32,000 nucleotides of DNA from Desulfotalea psychrophila LSv54 (GCF_000025945.1 NC_006138.1:1860001-1892000), one strand, 5' to 3'; counted from the stretch's first letter, positions 8,934-20,487 are shown. Made by a program: numbers and translations. Notes: a model not told the origin generated them from the sequence alone.

Positions 8934-9797
8934 ATGTTTCGTGTAGGACTTTTTTTGGCAACAAACCTGGCGATTTTGCTTCTGCTTGGCTTGGTCATGT
9001 CCCTGCTTGGCCTGGATTCGCGCAGCGCCTCCGGCCTTTTGTTGATGGCAGGATGTTTTGGTATGGGCGGTTCCCTTATCTCCCTTGCCCTGTCAAAATG
9101 GATAGCAAAAAAGGCCACGGGCGCCCATGTAATAGAGCAGCCCCGCAATGGCACCGAAGAGTGGCTGCTGCACACGGTGGCCAGACAGGCCCAAACGGCG
9201 GGGATTGGTATGCCGGAGGTGGCCGTATATGAGGCTGACGACATGAATGCCTTTGCCACTGGGATGCGTCGAGATGCCGCTTTGGTAGCTGTCAGCACAG
9301 GACTTATCCGTGGTATGTCTCAAGACGAGGTCGAGGCCGTATTGGCTCACGAAATGAGTCATATCGCCAATGGTGATATGGTGACCCTCTCTCTTATTCA
9401 GGGGGTGTTGAATACCTTTGTTATCTTTCTCTCCCGCATGGCGGCGAACGTCATAGATAACTTCCTCAGCTCCGATGAGGATGGTGGTGGCCTTGGCTTT
9501 TTTGGCTATATGGCGGTTTCCATGCTTCTTGAGTTCGTCTTTGGTCTTTTTGCCAGTATGATTGTGATGTGGTTCTCTCGTAGGCGGGAGTTCCGGGCAG
9601 ACTATGGGGCAACGGAACTTGCCTCAAAACAGAAGATGATTGCAGCTCTTGCCCGTCTGCAGCAGCAACATATTTCATCAAGCCTGCCGGAACAGGTGGC
9701 GGCCTTTGGTATTCGGCCCCGTCAGGGTGGTCTGGCGGAGCTTTTTCGCAGCCATCCCTCTCTTGAAGATAGGATAGCCGCTCTGGAGGCTATCTAG
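8934..9797 (+). CDS. htpX: Membrane zinc metalloprotease HtpX (M48)
   Basis: 287 aa; HEMSH zinc motif ([13 protein letters not shown]), N-terminal TM segments, SxHPxxxxRIxAL C-terminus. Confidence 0.95.
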   Translation: MFRVGLFLATNLAILLLLGLVMSLLGLDSRSASGLLLMAGCFGMGGSLISLALSKWIAKKATGAHVIEQPRNGTEEWLLHTVARQAQTAGIGMPEVAVYEADDMNAFATGMRRDAALVAVSTGLIRGMSQDEVEAVLAHEMSHIANGDMVTLSLIQGVLNTFVIFLSRMAANVIDNFLSSDEDGGGLGFFGYMAVSMLLEFVFGLFASMIVMWFSRRREFRADYGATELASKQKMIAALARLQQQHISSSLPEQVAAFGIRPRQGGLAELFRSHPSLEDRIAALEAI

Positions 9798-9915
9798 CAG
9801 GAGACCTCTTACGAGGTTATTGTTTGCTAGAAATTCGGTTTTTATTGCAAAAACACGGAGACTGGTTAATAGTAAGTAGTCCTATTACTTTTAAACTTTA
9901 ATGAGGTGTACAGAT

Positions 9916-10623
9916 ATGTATCAAAATAGCTCTTCCATTGGCATTGTTCGGGCCCGTCAAGATGCCGCTTCGATCTTTTTGGCGAAGGTGTTTAACTGGA
10001 TGGCGCTTGGGCTTGGCCTGACCGGCTTGGTGGCCTTTTTTGCAGCTGGTAGTGGCATCACCGCAGCCATTGTTGCAAGCCCTCTTTTTATGATGCTGAT
10101 CATTGCCGAGCTTGGTATGGTCTTTTTTCTTTCGGCCAGAATTGATAAGATTCAGGCCAGCACAGCCTCGGGGCTATTTCTGGGCTACTCATTTTTAAAT
10201 GGTTTGACCCTCTCGGCAATTTTTCTTGCCTATACCAGTACCTCGATTGCCGCTACATTTTTTATAACTGCTGGCATGTTCGGGGCAATGGCTGTTTATG
10301 GTCTCATAACTAAACGTGATCTTTCCGGATTTGGTTCCTTTCTCTTTATGGGACTTGTGGGAATTATCATTGCCTCTGTGGTGAATATTTTTCTGAAGAG
10401 TACAGGCCTTTACTGGGTGATCTCTCTGCTTGGGGTATTTATCTTTACAGCTCTTACCGCCTATGATGTCCAGAAGATCAAGACCATGGGAGAGAAGGGC
10501 ATTCTCAGTCAGGGTGAGGTTGCCATAAAAAAAGGTGCCATTATGGGGGCCCTTACCCTCTATCTTGATTTTATTAATCTCTTTTTGATGCTTCTCCGCT
10601 TCTTTGGTGGTAGCAGGAACTAG
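9916..10623 (+). CDS. Bax inhibitor-1 / YccA family membrane protein
   Basis: Seven hydrophobic segments; NWMALGLGLTGLVA, TALTAYDVQKIK, GALTLYLDFINLFLMLLRFFG. Start 9916 is better placed relative to GAGG than 9901. Confidence 0.9.
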   Translation: MYQNSSSIGIVRARQDAASIFLAKVFNWMALGLGLTGLVAFFAAGSGITAAIVASPLFMMLIIAELGMVFFLSARIDKIQASTASGLFLGYSFLNGLTLSAIFLAYTSTSIAATFFITAGMFGAMAVYGLITKRDLSGFGSFLFMGLVGIIIASVVNIFLKSTGLYWVISLLGVFIFTALTAYDVQKIKTMGEKGILSQGEVAIKKGAIMGALTLYLDFINLFLMLLRFFGGSRN

Positions 10624-10660
10624 GTGTTTGATTTATATGAGATAAGTGTATAGATGCTGT

Positions 10661-10698
10661 AAAAGGACATGCCTTTCTTCAAGGACATGTCCTTTTTT
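10661..10698 (+). terminator. Rho-independent terminator downstream of the Bax-inhibitor gene
   Basis: AAAAGGACATG-CCTTTCTTCAAGGA-CATGTCCTTTTTT. Confidence 0.8.
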
Positions 10699-10741
10699 GT
10701 ATGGAGAGTTTTCCTAGCTTTAGAGTAGTTGAGGTTTTTTT

Positions 10742-11953
10742 ATGGATTCATTTTTTGTAGGTAAGAAGATTGTTGTTGGCCTGACTGGCAGCATTGCCGC
10801 CTTCAAGGTGGCCGGTTGGGTCAGTACCCTGAGTAAGGCAGAGGCTGATGTCGAGGTGATTATGACTCGTGGGGCCTGTCAGTTTATTACGCCTCTCTCT
10901 CTTGCCGCTCTTTCGGGTAAGGGGGTGCATCAGGATATGTTTTCAGGGGATGGTCAGGCTGTTATGGATCATATTGATCTGGTTGCCGATGCAGATATCT
11001 TTCTTATTGCTCCGGCCTCGGCCAATACCATTGCCCGTCTTGCCGCCGGTATGGCGGACGATCTCCTTACCACAGCCGTGCTGGCAGCCCGTTGCCCTGT
11101 GGTTGTCTGTCCTGCCATGAATCCTAATATGTACAGTCATCCGGCCACAAGACGGAATATAGCCACTCTGCAAGAATTTGGTTACAGGATAGTAGAACCG
11201 GATTCCGGTCTTGTCGCCTGTAAGCAGGTGGGGCAGGGACGTTTGCCTGAATGGCCCGTGGTGCGCGAGGAGCTTGCCAGCGAGTTGATAGAGCAGGATC
11301 TGCGGGGAGAAAAGATTCTTGTTACCGCAGGCCCTACCCGGGAACCCCTCGATCCGGCTCGTTTTTTGGGGAATAGATCTTCTGGGAAGATGGGTTATGC
11401 CCTGGCAACAGCCGCCCGTCGACGTGGTGGTGACGTTATTCTGGTGAGCGGTCCTACGGCGCTTGTCGCTCCCCATGGGGTGGAGACAATTCGGGTAAAT
11501 ACTGCTGAGGAGATGTATGCCCGGGTGATGGAAAACGCATCAGCCGCGGATATTATTGTTAAAAGTGCAGCCGTGGCCGATTTTAGGCCGGAAAATTACG
11601 TTGAGCAAAAGGTGAAAAAGGAGGGGGCAAGTATGTCTCTTGGTCTTGCCAGAAACCCTGATATTCTTTTTGAGTTGGGTAAGGGACGAAGGGCAGATCA
11701 GCTCCTGGTCGGTTTTGCGGCGGAAAGTGAAAATATTGTTGATCACGGTCGCTCAAAATTAGAACGTAAAAAACTTGATATGATTGCGGTAAATGATATT
11801 AGCTCTGCCCAAACAGGCTTTGAGTCTGATACTAATCAACTTTTTGTTATAACTGAGGATGGAGTGGTAACCTTGCCTCTGACCACAAAAAATCATACGG
11901 CCAACCTCCTGCTTGATCAGATGGTAAAACATAAGCAGGATCGAGTTCTCTGA
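10742..11953 (+). CDS. coaBC: Bifunctional phosphopantothenoylcysteine decarboxylase / phosphopantothenate-cysteine ligase
   Basis: 403 aa; VVGLTGSIAAFKVAG, CPAMNPNMY, TAGPTREPLDPARFLGNRSSGKMGYALA. Confidence 0.95.
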   Translation: MDSFFVGKKIVVGLTGSIAAFKVAGWVSTLSKAEADVEVIMTRGACQFITPLSLAALSGKGVHQDMFSGDGQAVMDHIDLVADADIFLIAPASANTIARLAAGMADDLLTTAVLAARCPVVVCPAMNPNMYSHPATRRNIATLQEFGYRIVEPDSGLVACKQVGQGRLPEWPVVREELASELIEQDLRGEKILVTAGPTREPLDPARFLGNRSSGKMGYALATAARRRGGDVILVSGPTALVAPHGVETIRVNTAEEMYARVMENASAADIIVKSAAVADFRPENYVEQKVKKEGASMSLGLARNPDILFELGKGRRADQLLVGFAAESENIVDHGRSKLERKKLDMIAVNDISSAQTGFESDTNQLFVITEDGVVTLPLTTKNHTANLLLDQMVKHKQDRVL

Positions 11954-11977
11954 TTCTGCCCGAGATTCTCTCAGTTG

Positions 11978-12018
11978 AAAAAGAGGTCATTCCCCGTGGG
12001 GAATGACCTCTTTTTTTT
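11978..12018. terminator. Bidirectional rho-independent terminator between convergent genes
   Basis: AAAAAGAGGTCATTCCCC-GT-GGGGAATGACCTCTTTTTTTT. The T-tract abuts and overlaps the stop codon of the minus-strand gene at 12017. Confidence 0.95.
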
Positions 12019-13717
12019 AGTTGAAGAGCTGATCAAATACATCCATGCTTTTGGGGGTCGCAGGAGTTTGAATTCCTGACTCTTCGGACCTTACCCTTGG
12101 CAGAAGTTGTGGATCTATTTTGTTCATTTCCTCTTCGACTCTGCTGATATTTTTTTCTGTCTTACCGATGATTTCCGTTTGGGGATAGCTTATCAGAATA
12201 TTTTTGAGGATCTTACGTGATTCGATAAGTAATTTTTTCTGGCTGGCAAGATCGGTGGTTCTGGTATAGCGAATAAAAATATCGGCGGCCTTGCGACGCT
12301 CGGCTTTGGCGGCCAGAAGAGACACCTCCTCTATCTTGTTGAGTGCCTTATCATTATACTCTGTTCCTTCAAGGCCCTTAAAGACATTAATGGCTTCGCT
12401 GAAACGCTCGCCTGAAACGAGAAGCAAACCGTTATTCCACTGTTGCTGTAGTTCCTGCATCTGGGCCATCTTATGGGTTTCACGATTAACGGCATCGGCA
12501 AGAATAAGTTCGTCTATTTTCTTGGAGATGGAACTGGCCTTTGTCTGATCGATAAGGCCCATGGGGACACTCTGTAGCAGGTTAATAGCATCTTCATAGT
12601 TGCTTTTGTCTGTTAACTTGTCAACAGTCATCCATATTCCGGCATACCATTTGTCAGCCTGGAGCAGGCTCTCCTCTCGTATTTTATCCACATTTGAGGC
12701 GATTGGTGTATGGGGATATCTTTCCAAAAAGGCATCTGCGTCATGGACTACCTTATAGCCATCTTGACTGGGGATAAAGCTGAGGTAAGATTGAAGGAGT
12801 TTTGAATATGCCCCAAGTTCTTTGGCGTCGACCTTACTGCGAGCAATGATTGATAACTGCAGGGCGGCCCAATTGTTAATGGGAGCAAAGGCCTGATAAT
12901 TTTTTCCTATTTCCCGGTATTGTTTTTTTGCTGCTGAATAATCACCTGCCGCTACATAGAGATCTGCCACTTGTTTTCGTAGGGAGATTATATCGTCTGG
13001 ATCTGTGGGGGCCATATCCTTAATGATATCCAGATATACAGCAATACTCTCTCTCTCTTGATGAAGATAGGTAAGGGCGTTGGCATAGAGCAGTTTTGTT
13101 TTCAGAGACAGTCGTTTTTGTTGGGAAGAGGAAATGCCTGTCCAGGTTTGTAAGACATTTTCATAATCACCTTGGTCAGATAATTCGATAATTTTGGCTT
13201 CTGTCTGGTCAAGTCCTTGCAGCTTAGCCGCATTCCAGTTGTTGGAAGTTATGGGTTCAGAGAGCATGGAACCACATTCTCCATCAAGGAATTTAATGTC
13301 TTCCTGTTGGATTTGATCCGTGATATCCCCTGTTATGTGAGAGATACCTTTCTCTGAGAGGAAGGCTCTCTGTAAACCGTTATAGCCGGATAAAACTTTT
13401 TGCAATTGACGAAAGCAATTGATAATTTGTTTTGTTTCCTGGGCGGAGAGGTCACGGTTGATGGCGTCAGCATCTATCTGTTTCCAACGATCAAGTTTTT
13501 TACCATACTGTTGGATACGTTCTCTCACATAATGTTCAGAAAGAGCAATTCTCGGGGTAATTTGTTGTTCGGTGAGAGCGGTATCCTCTGTCACCGTTGT
13601 TTCAACTACCTGCTGGATGGGGTGCTTAACAACTGTCTTTGGGCTGAGAACAGGGGTACAGCTAGTTAGGGCTGTGAGGCTGAGAACAAAAAATCCAAGG
13701 GGGAGTGTTTTTTTCAT
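12017..13717 (-). CDS. Outer-membrane lipoprotein with TPR-like repeats, function unknown
   Basis: 566 aa; lipobox signal MKKTLPLGFFVLSLTALTSC; helical repeat-like segments (AAKKQYREIGKNY, EAINVFKGLEGTEYNDKALNKI). Confidence 0.65.
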   Translation of the reverse strand: MKKTLPLGFFVLSLTALTSCTPVLSPKTVVKHPIQQVVETTVTEDTALTEQQITPRIALSEHYVRERIQQYGKKLDRWKQIDADAINRDLSAQETKQIINCFRQLQKVLSGYNGLQRAFLSEKGISHITGDITDQIQQEDIKFLDGECGSMLSEPITSNNWNAAKLQGLDQTEAKIIELSDQGDYENVLQTWTGISSSQQKRLSLKTKLLYANALTYLHQERESIAVYLDIIKDMAPTDPDDIISLRKQVADLYVAAGDYSAAKKQYREIGKNYQAFAPINNWAALQLSIIARSKVDAKELGAYSKLLQSYLSFIPSQDGYKVVHDADAFLERYPHTPIASNVDKIREESLLQADKWYAGIWMTVDKLTDKSNYEDAINLLQSVPMGLIDQTKASSISKKIDELILADAVNRETHKMAQMQELQQQWNNGLLLVSGERFSEAINVFKGLEGTEYNDKALNKIEEVSLLAAKAERRKAADIFIRYTRTTDLASQKKLLIESRKILKNILISYPQTEIIGKTEKNISRVEEEMNKIDPQLLPRVRSEESGIQTPATPKSMDVFDQLFN

Positions 13718-13962
13718 AATTTTTTCAAAGCAGAAATAGGTTATTAAATAGAGGTTATGAACTATTAATCGCGACCAGATGTGCTGGTATCACCGTATTA
13801 AAAAATAAAAAATGTGTTCTTTTTTCTTATCGACTGTGGTGGGCAAGCTCTTTAGGGAACCTTGCAGGATCCTCTTGCAAACCTTTATTCTAGTAAAAAT
13901 TGTTCTTGCAGGTGAGTAAAGATTTCGATAGCAGCGATATTGGTCCTGAATTATCGTTCTTG

Positions 13963-16900
13963 TTATTGAAGAGCCGACTTTGCAAGTGGATCTTTAGTCT
14001 CCCCCTTAACCTGCCAAAATGGACGATAATAATGTTCTAATTTTAATCTATTACCCTCTTCTCTGGCAAAGGTAATAATTGCGGGCTGTCTATTATTGGC
14101 GAGACGTGAGGGGGTGGTAAGCAGACCACCGTCCTTTATATTCATGGCTAGCGAGACCTGGCCTAATTGAGGGCGACTGAGTTTAAGGCCGTCAAAGGAG
14201 AGATCTGCAAGGTTGAGTTGATCTCCATAATTGTGTCCCAGAAGGAGCTGGTTGGCAATGGTGCTCCAGATGGGGAGTGCTCCGGTGGATCCTGCAATAC
14301 GTACAGTTTTGTGTTTCATCGGTTTGTTATTGTCATAGCCTGTGTAAACACCTATCGTATAGCCATTTTCAAGGGTTATTTTTTTACTATTGGTATCAAA
14401 ACCAGGAACATATCCTATAAATGAGGCATTGGTATAGTTGTTTGCCGTGCCCGTTTTACCTAGCAAAGGAACGGGGATATTAAGGTCTCGTAATTCCTGA
14501 TTTATCACCTCGTCGGCCGAGCTGAGGCGAACGCTTTTTTTTGCCGCCCTGCCGGTGCCTAAATTTACTGTATTTTCAAGGATGTTGCTGACACTGAGAG
14601 AGGTTTGGGCGTCGACAATCTTTTGTTCGACAGATTGGGCCTGAAAGAGAATGTCGCCTTCGGATGATTCAATTCGGTCGATTATAGCTAACTCTTTATC
14701 ATCCTGTTTCCCTGAAGAGGACCAGGCTTTCCCCGTAATGATAGTCTCGTAAAAGGAGACAGCTTCTAGCAGGGTAATAGAATTGGACCCCAGGGGGAAG
14801 GAGAGGACTGGTTCAAGCTGGGAGGCTATCCCCATTTCCCGGGCAAGGCTGATCAGATAGTGTAGGCCGACCGCGACGCGGAAATCTCTTACCTTGCTCA
14901 GCACCTCAAAATCATAGGGTAACTTTTTGCTTAGTTTTTTGTATTCAAAGCCACTCTCTGTTTCCAGCATATCGAAGGCTGCTACCGAGAGCATCTCGTC
15001 CAGTTGTATCTCTTGCCAGAAGGAGTGTTTTTCGTTGCTGGTCATGGATACTAATATTCTTTGGATATCCCCGTTCGAGAGAGGGTGGAACTCCTCGTTG
15101 TCGTTCAGCTTGTAGCCAAAATGGTATTTGCCGGTGATTGAGGAAAGATAGAGATCTGGCATCTCTTCCGGTTTGGAGTAGATGATGGTATCTTTTTGGA
15201 AAAAATCAAAAATATCATTGTCTTCTTTTATATTGGCTTTAAAGAGGTTGAGGTCTGCCTTGAGTTTGGCGGCTGCTAAAAAAGAGTGGTCGAGCAGTTT
15301 TTCTCGTAGAGTATATTCATTCTTTTCTCTGGTACTCAGTTGGCGATGCTCTTTTCTCCTTTCTGCTCTAGTGGCCCTTTTGTTCTCCGCCAATTCTTCC
15401 TTGAATTTCTTAAAGCCAAGACCATATTGGAGGCCCTTTATCTGCTTGTATTCAGCCTCCATATTTTCAAATAAAAAATCTGTTTCAATATTGCTAATGG
15501 CCTGTTGGTAGGCGGCTTCTTGCAAACTCTTCCGAGTGACAATAATGCCGTATTTATCACGAATCCTTTTGTGAAAATTGCGGTATGACTCTTTACCACC
15601 ACTCGCCTTTGTCCGGCTGAATCCTGTGTGCAGGGCAAGATCGTAGAACTCTTCCTTACTGAGGTGGTCTGTTAGGTGATAGAGGAGCCAGATGCAGGCA
15701 ACATTCTCAGATTTCGTTCCCGCCCAGCTCATGGAAACCTGTGGATAAGGGCTGATGTGGTCGGGGCGGGGATAATATGGCATTCCTTGGTAGACAAAAA
15801 TATTGCGGCTGTTATTAAGAGGGGCCGCACTATTCCAGCCAAGTTGCAGGGCGGCTGTAAAGAGAAAGGGTTTGAAGGTAGATCCCATGGGACGCTCGGC
15901 GTAGATAGCTCTATTGTAAAAACGATTTTCGCTACCACCTGCGACGCTTTTTATTGATCCGGCGTGGCTCACCAAGGCTCCGCCTTGGACGGTGGGGTAT
16001 TTTCTTAAATCAAGCAACGCTACGCCCGTTTCAGGAATTTCTCGAACGCTTACCCAGAGGGTATCTCCCACTTCGATCTGTTCAAGAAGGGCCTGGCGAT
16101 CTTTTGCCTTTGCCTGGGCCCAACGATTTTTACGCCACTGTACGAGGGCATTGGTGAGGGGGATAAGGCCCTTGGCATCAATAACTCCCTGGCCTATTCT
16201 GGGGCCAAAAGAGACACTGATTTTTATCGTCTTGTCTTCGGTCTCTATTTTTATAACCTTACCGAAGAGAAAGGCATCTTGGTCCAGTTTGAGATCGCCT
16301 TGGTAATTGAGAGCCTTGATCTCCTCCTGAACCTGATTGTGCTGATAACCATTGAGTCGCACATCGAGATCCGAGAGATGCCTGCGCAGGCCGAAAAGCG
16401 TTTTTTGCTGGAGATCTTTGTCGATGGAGGTGATAATTGCTACCCCAGAGGTGGAAATATTGTCTATCCCTTTGGCGGCAAGAGCCTCGGTGACCTGGGG
16501 GAGGACAACTGCGTCTCTTACCAGCTCCATGGTATAGTCAAGCTCATAGCCAAACTGTCCCTTGTTAAAGGGAACTCCCTCGGCAAGGGCACGGTTAAAT
16601 TCATCTTCGCCTATCATCCCCTCCTTCTTCATTTTCCTCAGCACATAGGCAAGACGTATATTGGCTCGTTTTTTTGCCTCTTCTATGGACTCTGTCGTTT
16701 TCTTGGTAAAGGGGTTATAATAGTTTGGCCCCTTGACGCTTCCTGCAATAAAGGCAGATTCAACCAGATTGAGTTCAGAAGCCGATTTATTAAAATAATA
16801 GCGGGCAGCAATGCCGAGGCCGTGCCCATTACCGCTCACATAAAATTGGTTGGCATAAAATTCAAAAATCTGTTCCTTAGAGTAGTGATATTCCAGGCGT

Positions 16901-17353
16901 AGGGCAAAGAGTAGTTCTTTTAATTTTTCTTTGATTGATCTATCTGCACGTTTAAAGAGGTTTTTTGCCGTCTGCTGGGTGAGGGTGCTTCCACCTTGAA
17001 CAATTCTGCCTGCTCGGACATTTGTTATCATTGCCCGGCTTATCCCCATGACGTCAAAACCGAAATGGTCAAAAAAACGGTTGTCTTCGGCAGGCAACGA
17101 GGGCATTGACAAAATTTTGTGGAATATCAACGTATTGGACATATTGTCGATGGGTTTGGTCAAAGAAGACACCAAGGCGTGTTGTCCCATCGCTATAGTA
17201 GACGTTACTCTGTTTACCAAGGATCTGCTTAATATTACTTTCTCTTATGGCATCTCCAGGATTTATTGCGACAAACCAGTATAGGGTTGATGCGGCAAGA
17301 ACAGAGGAAATGATGCAGAGAGCAGAGGTGAAAATAATAATTTTTTTTAACAT
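13963..17353 (-). CDS. PBP1A-like bifunctional penicillin-binding protein (glycosyltransferase + transpeptidase) interrupted by a 1-nt frameshift near 17092
   Basis: ORF 17069..17353 carries the TM and N-terminus (...YVDIPQNFVNALVA) and ORF 13963..17220 carries AEDNRFFDHFGFDVMGISRA...GGSTLTQQTAKNL...MGSTFKPFLF...LLGKTGTANNY. The combined span is 3391 nt (3n+1), consistent with one extra base. Confidence 0.85.
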
Positions 17354-17616
17354 AGGCCTTTAATATATAATAGAAACTATCAAGAAAAATGTGTAGCTAT
17401 ACTAATAATTTTAGCCCAAGGTTATCTTGATTGTCCTTGCATTTCAACAATAGTTCGGTTTTAAATGGATGTCTGTATAATTAAAAAGTCTTCTTTATCG
17501 TCTTCTGCTGTTTATACCAATTGCTTGTAGAACTTGCAGTAGATATATCAAATGATCCTTCGTCGGCTTGCTTTTCTAGATGAGAGTAATTCGCATCTCC
17601 CCATACAATAGGCTAG

Positions 17617-19248
17617 ATGTTTATGTATTTTTTTTGCGCACGCAAATACTTGTTTTTCTGTGTTTTTTTTGTACTTTCTGGCTGTGTCCCTTATAACTCC
17701 GCTGATGTAGATAAGCAATCCTCTGAAGGTGAAGAAAAAGCCCAGATAAAGCGGGATCAAAAAGAGTTTGAAGTTGAAATGAGTGTTGGTCAGGAACTGC
17801 AGAAATTGCAGGCGACCGGTGATTGGTCTCAACAGAATCAAAGCATGGCTGAAGAGGCCAGTGCCTCTATCTATGATTTTCCCATAGTCTATAACTCTCA
17901 GGTTAATATGTATCTGGAGCTGTTTCAGGGAAAACAGCGTCGCCAGTTTGGCCAGTGGCTTGAAAAATCTGGAAAATACCTGCCTATAATGGAGGCCGAG
18001 CTTGCCAAAAAGGGTCTTCCTCTTGATTTGGTCTACCTTGCTATGATTGAAAGCGGGTATAATCAAAGGGCTTTTTCCCACGCCAGTGCCGTTGGCCTGT
18101 GGCAGTTTATGAAGGGGACGGGGAGGCAGTATGGTCTTCGGGTTGATTCCTATGTGGATGAGCGCAGAAATGCCTTAAAATCAACTCAGGCGGCTGTGGC
18201 CTATCTTTCTGATTTACATGAACAGTTTGGCGATTGGTATCTTGCCGTTGCTGCCTACAATGCGGGGCCGGGCAAGGTTCGTTATGGTTTGAGAAAGTAT
18301 GGGGTAGATAATTTTTGGGATTTGGCAGGTAAAAAGCATCTGCGTTTAGAGACCAAAAAATATGTACCTAAACTCATTGCCACCATCATTATTGCCAGAG
18401 ATCCTGAAAAATATGGTTTTAAAAAGCTTGATTATCAAAAACCACTCCTGCGCGATCAAATAGAGGTGACCCCGGGTTTGAGCCTTACAGCTGTTGCCAC
18501 TATTGCTGGGACCAATGTTAAGGGGATAAAAGAGCTTAATCAAGAGTTAAAACGCGAAAAAACGCCATTGAATGTTTCGACCTATTCCATCAATATTCCC
18601 TATGGAACGGCAGAACTGGCCAGAAGGAATTTGCCAAGATTACACTCTACCCTGGGAACGGGGTATAAAATCCATATTGTGAAAAGAAGTGAGTCTCTTG
18701 CGGCTATTTGTCGAAAATATAAAATAAACAGAACAACCATTGCTCGGGTAAATAAGTTGCATAGTTCGAAACTTGCCCGTGGTAAACGTTTGCGTATTCC
18801 CTATCCCACTATAAAATATCAGCTTTTGCCTCAGGGAGAGACGGATGCCCAGATTGCCTATAAGGATAGCCTGATTCTTCATTCCATAAAGAAGGGTGAG
18901 ACCATCTCAAAGATTGCCAGGCGCTACCATGTTCCCGTTGATCTGATTCTTTCCTGGAATGGGCTTAAGAGTGCCAACAGAATTCGAGAAGGCCAACAGT
19001 TGGCCTTATATATTGACAGAGGGCAATCGAAGCGTAATAGTCTTGGCAGAGTTTATATTCTTGCCGGGGACAAAAAGAGAAAGATTGATCAGGGGGTTAG
19101 CGGAACCTGGTATCAGGTGAGAAACGGAGATTCTCTTTGGACTATCTCCCGTAAATTTAATATTTCTATGCGTGATATCAGAAAATTGAATAATATGAAG
19201 ACTAATCTGATTCATCCAGGAAATAAGTTAAGGATAATCAAAGGATAG
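17617..19248 (+). CDS. mltD: Membrane-bound lytic murein transglycosylase D-like lipoprotein (SLT domain + three LysM)
   Basis: 543 aa; SLT motif AMIESGYNQRAFSHASAVGLWQFMKGTGRQYGL, AAYNAGPGKV; three LysM repeats at the C-terminus. Confidence 0.9.
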   Translation: MFMYFFCARKYLFFCVFFVLSGCVPYNSADVDKQSSEGEEKAQIKRDQKEFEVEMSVGQELQKLQATGDWSQQNQSMAEEASASIYDFPIVYNSQVNMYLELFQGKQRRQFGQWLEKSGKYLPIMEAELAKKGLPLDLVYLAMIESGYNQRAFSHASAVGLWQFMKGTGRQYGLRVDSYVDERRNALKSTQAAVAYLSDLHEQFGDWYLAVAAYNAGPGKVRYGLRKYGVDNFWDLAGKKHLRLETKKYVPKLIATIIIARDPEKYGFKKLDYQKPLLRDQIEVTPGLSLTAVATIAGTNVKGIKELNQELKREKTPLNVSTYSINIPYGTAELARRNLPRLHSTLGTGYKIHIVKRSESLAAICRKYKINRTTIARVNKLHSSKLARGKRLRIPYPTIKYQLLPQGETDAQIAYKDSLILHSIKKGETISKIARRYHVPVDLILSWNGLKSANRIREGQQLALYIDRGQSKRNSLGRVYILAGDKKRKIDQGVSGTWYQVRNGDSLWTISRKFNISMRDIRKLNNMKTNLIHPGNKLRIIKG

Positions 19249-19290
19249 CGCTTTGGCGTTTTTTGAAAATATATTATAGAGTTCACTATT

Positions 19291-20487
19291 ATGGAATTAT
19301 CAGATTCATCTTCCCATGAATATCCCTCCGATGTACAGATATTGCATCATGAAGGTAGGGTATTTTACCTTGTCGGAACGGCCCATATTTCTCAAGAATC
19401 TGTTGAGCTGGTTCAGAGGGTTATTCGTCAGGAACAGCCTGATTGCGTCTGTCTTGAATTAGACGATAAACGTTATCATTCACTCTCGCAGAAAGATAGC
19501 TGGCAGGCTCTTGACCTCAAGCAGATATTGAAAAAAAAGCAGCTGGCAACTCTATTTATTAGCATGCTTATGGCCTCCTATCAAAAGAGATTAGGGGGGA
19601 AGATGGGTGTGGATCCAGGGGCAGAGCTTTTGGCTGCTGCTCAAACGGCCCAGGAGCTGCAAATACCTGTTTCTCTCTGTGATCGTGATGTTCGGGTGAC
19701 TCTGCGTCGAGCTTGGAAATCCACCTCTCTTTTTCGCAAGGGCTACCTGCTTACCTCGCTTCTTGCCAGTGCGTTTGATAAAACTGAGATCAGTGAAGAG
19801 AAGCTGAGTGAGTTACGTAAAAAAGATGTGCTGGAGGATCTGATGGAAGAACTCGGCGCTAATCTTCCTGAGCTGAAAAAGGTGTTGATTGATGAGCGGG
19901 ATATTTATCTTTCTGAGAAAATAAAGTCCTCCCATGGTGACAGGGTGGTTGCCGTTGTCGGTGCCGGGCATCTGCAGGGGATTAAAAAACAATTTTCTCA
20001 GGATAATCGAGAGGAGATTGCCTCCATATCAATCATCCCTCCTGTCTCTAAGAGTTGGAAGACCATTGGTTGGCTTATCCCCTGTTTGATTTTGGGCTCT
20101 CTGGTGACTATTGGTGTGCAAAAGGGTTCGGATGTGGCCGGGGCGAATCTTCTTTTTTGGATTTTGGCAAATGGTATACCCTCTGCCATCGGTTCTGTTT
20201 TGGCCCTTGGTCATCCTCTGACAACCTTGGCGGCATTTTTGGCCGCACCGATAACAAGTTTGACACCGGTGATTGGGGCTGGTTATGTAACTGCTTTTGT
20301 TCAAGTTATGCTGAGGCCTCCCGTGGTTGGAGAGTTTGAATCCGCGGGGCGTGATGTGGCCAAGATGTCGGGTTGGTGGAAAAACAAACTCCTTCGTGTT
20401 TTCTTGATTTTCTTTCTCACAGGGCTTGGTTCAGCCGTTGGAACTTGGGTTGGTGGATATGAAATTGTTAAAAACCTTGTCACTTAA
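19291..20487 (+). CDS. TraB/PrgY family membrane protein
   Basis: 398 aa; VQILHHEGRVFYLVGTAHISQESVELV, DVRVTLRRAW, VVAVVGAGHLQGI; C-terminal TM helices. Confidence 0.88.
   Translation: MELSDSSSHEYPSDVQILHHEGRVFYLVGTAHISQESVELVQRVIRQEQPDCVCLELDDKRYHSLSQKDSWQALDLKQILKKKQLATLFISMLMASYQKRLGGKMGVDPGAELLAAAQTAQELQIPVSLCDRDVRVTLRRAWKSTSLFRKGYLLTSLLASAFDKTEISEEKLSELRKKDVLEDLMEELGANLPELKKVLIDERDIYLSEKIKSSHGDRVVAVVGAGHLQGIKKQFSQDNREEIASISIIPPVSKSWKTIGWLIPCLILGSLVTIGVQKGSDVAGANLLFWILANGIPSAIGSVLALGHPLTTLAAFLAAPITSLTPVIGAGYVTAFVQVMLRPPVVGEFESAGRDVAKMSGWWKNKLLRVFLIFFLTGLGSAVGTWVGGYEIVKNLVT

Noticed and set aside
16279-16902. 207-aa plus-strand ORF and other plus ORFs between 14105 and 17284
   Set aside because: Shadow ORFs within the PBP1A-like gene; no family resemblance.
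17548-18081. 177-aa minus-strand ORF opposite the start of the lytic transglycosylase
   Set aside because: Overlaps clear MltD coding sequence; translation looks random.
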